Positions 62,780 through 64,000 of a DNA stretch of 64,000 nt are shown here, piece by piece. Positions within the stretch are counted from its first letter, which is position 1. Every line of letters starts with the position of its first letter. The translations under genes were made by a program, and so were the position numbers. Origin of the DNA: Felis catus (lineage: Eukaryota); assembly GCF_018350175.1 (NCBI RefSeq), contig NC_058368.1, positions 215,762,001-215,826,000 on the forward strand. Direction: 5' to 3'. A model generated the notes under the pieces. The model was not told the DNA's origin, did no database searches, and saw only the letters and a program-made list of their open reading frames with translations.

Positions 62780-64000
62780 GAAGTGGACCAAGTTAGAGTC
62801 CCCAGGTCTAATATTGTATTGCCATCCATCACATATTTGCAATAGGAACAAAGAGGAATGCATAGACAGTAATGTAATGTTCCGTTCCGTGTAACATCAT
62901 GTTTAGGAATTAGTGCAGTGTAGCAATATGTTCCCTGCAGCTTTAGATGAACAGATTTGAACTTTGAAAGATCAGGTTCCATTCTGAATAGGACCTTTAA
63001 CTAGGTTATTGCCTGGGAATCTCATTATTTAATTGTGTGTAGGAGTGTGGAGACAGGCTGCTGAGTGGGAATACGCTGCTGCTCAAGAAAAGAGAGCACA
63101 TAAAGATGTGACAGCTTGTGTAGTTTATCACAGTGTGTGGGTGAGGGTTACCATACTGGCATGAAAGCTGAAGTGAAATAAAATGATCATTTCCTTCAAT
63201 TAATAACTGAAATTCTGTGAGGTAATGCTCACTTGAAAGTGAGACATCATTAATTTAGACATAAGGTCAGTAAAAAGTAAGTCTTAATGCTGCATTTGCT
63301 GTTGCCTTCGAAAAGCACCACATCAGTTCAAAAGGCAAGAATCTCCTTGTCTAAGTCAGGATGTTTGCAAAGAGTTAACGGACTCTTCTCACTCCGTATT
63401 CCAAATTACTTTTGAAAGTAATATCCATATTGCACCTTGAAGGAAGGCCTAAGCAGTAAACTTTAACGGCTGCCTGAGTTGGCAATCATTTCATAGAGAC
63501 AAGACACTGCACTGGAAATTGCCCCTATAAATAAGATCCCTTACAGAAAAATTAAAATGGAATTCATATTATTGATGTTCACCAGCAGCCATAAGAAACA
63601 CAAGGGAACCAGGATGTGGTACTTGTTTCAAATCGCTCTCAGAAGCGCCTGAAGGACGCCCTCAAAGTCAGCTTTGATCAATGGTGATAAGTAGTTTGTC
63701 CGGCATTCAGAGTGGGCCGTAATGTATTTGGAAACCTTGAGGAATTTGCCTACCGAATAGAAATGATCCAGACATTAGCTGCCCCACAACAATTTTTTTT
63801 TCTGCCCTAGCTATGAATTCACAAATACCCAGATTTCCTGCAGATCGACTCTCTCATTCTTTCCTGCTAGTCCTCTACCTTCCCACTCCGGCTCTTATTC
63901 GTTTATTTCTGCATTCTAGTTTACTTTCAGGCCTTGAATTCCCCCAAAGATTTCTGAGGTTTGGACTGAAGGAAGAGAGACCTGTACTCCTGATCTCCCT

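Noticed and set aside
1..64000. The ORF track as host protein-coding genes
   Set aside because: The recognisable ORFs are L1 fragments or SINE read-through (MAQSVK...SLSQK; RERERE). The others are short and AT-biased, many start at GTG/TTG, and none resembles a protein I know.

Overview
AT-rich mammalian DNA, almost certainly felid (cat-like): the tRNA-derived SINEs match the SINEC_Fc pattern and the L1 looks felid. I see no host protein-coding exon, rRNA, true tRNA gene or CRISPR array, so this is intergenic or deep-intronic sequence. It holds 27 Can-SINE copies of mixed age, one full-length but disabled L1 (~38502-46034, with two nested SINEs), several truncated older L1s, L2 and MIR relics, MaLR/ERVL solo LTRs, an ERV1-like solo LTR, a MER58A MITE and microsatellites. 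The recognisable ORFs in the supplied track are L1 fragments or SINE/microsatellite read-through; the rest resemble nothing I know. The best lead is inside the L1 5'UTR: NRF1, CTCF and YY1-like motifs sit just upstream of a 202-codon antisense ORF with a strong Kozak ATG, the longest ORF in the window and reminiscent of the primate L1 antisense promoter/ORF0. Family names come from my recall of consensus sequences, not from a search, and boundaries of old repeats are approximate.
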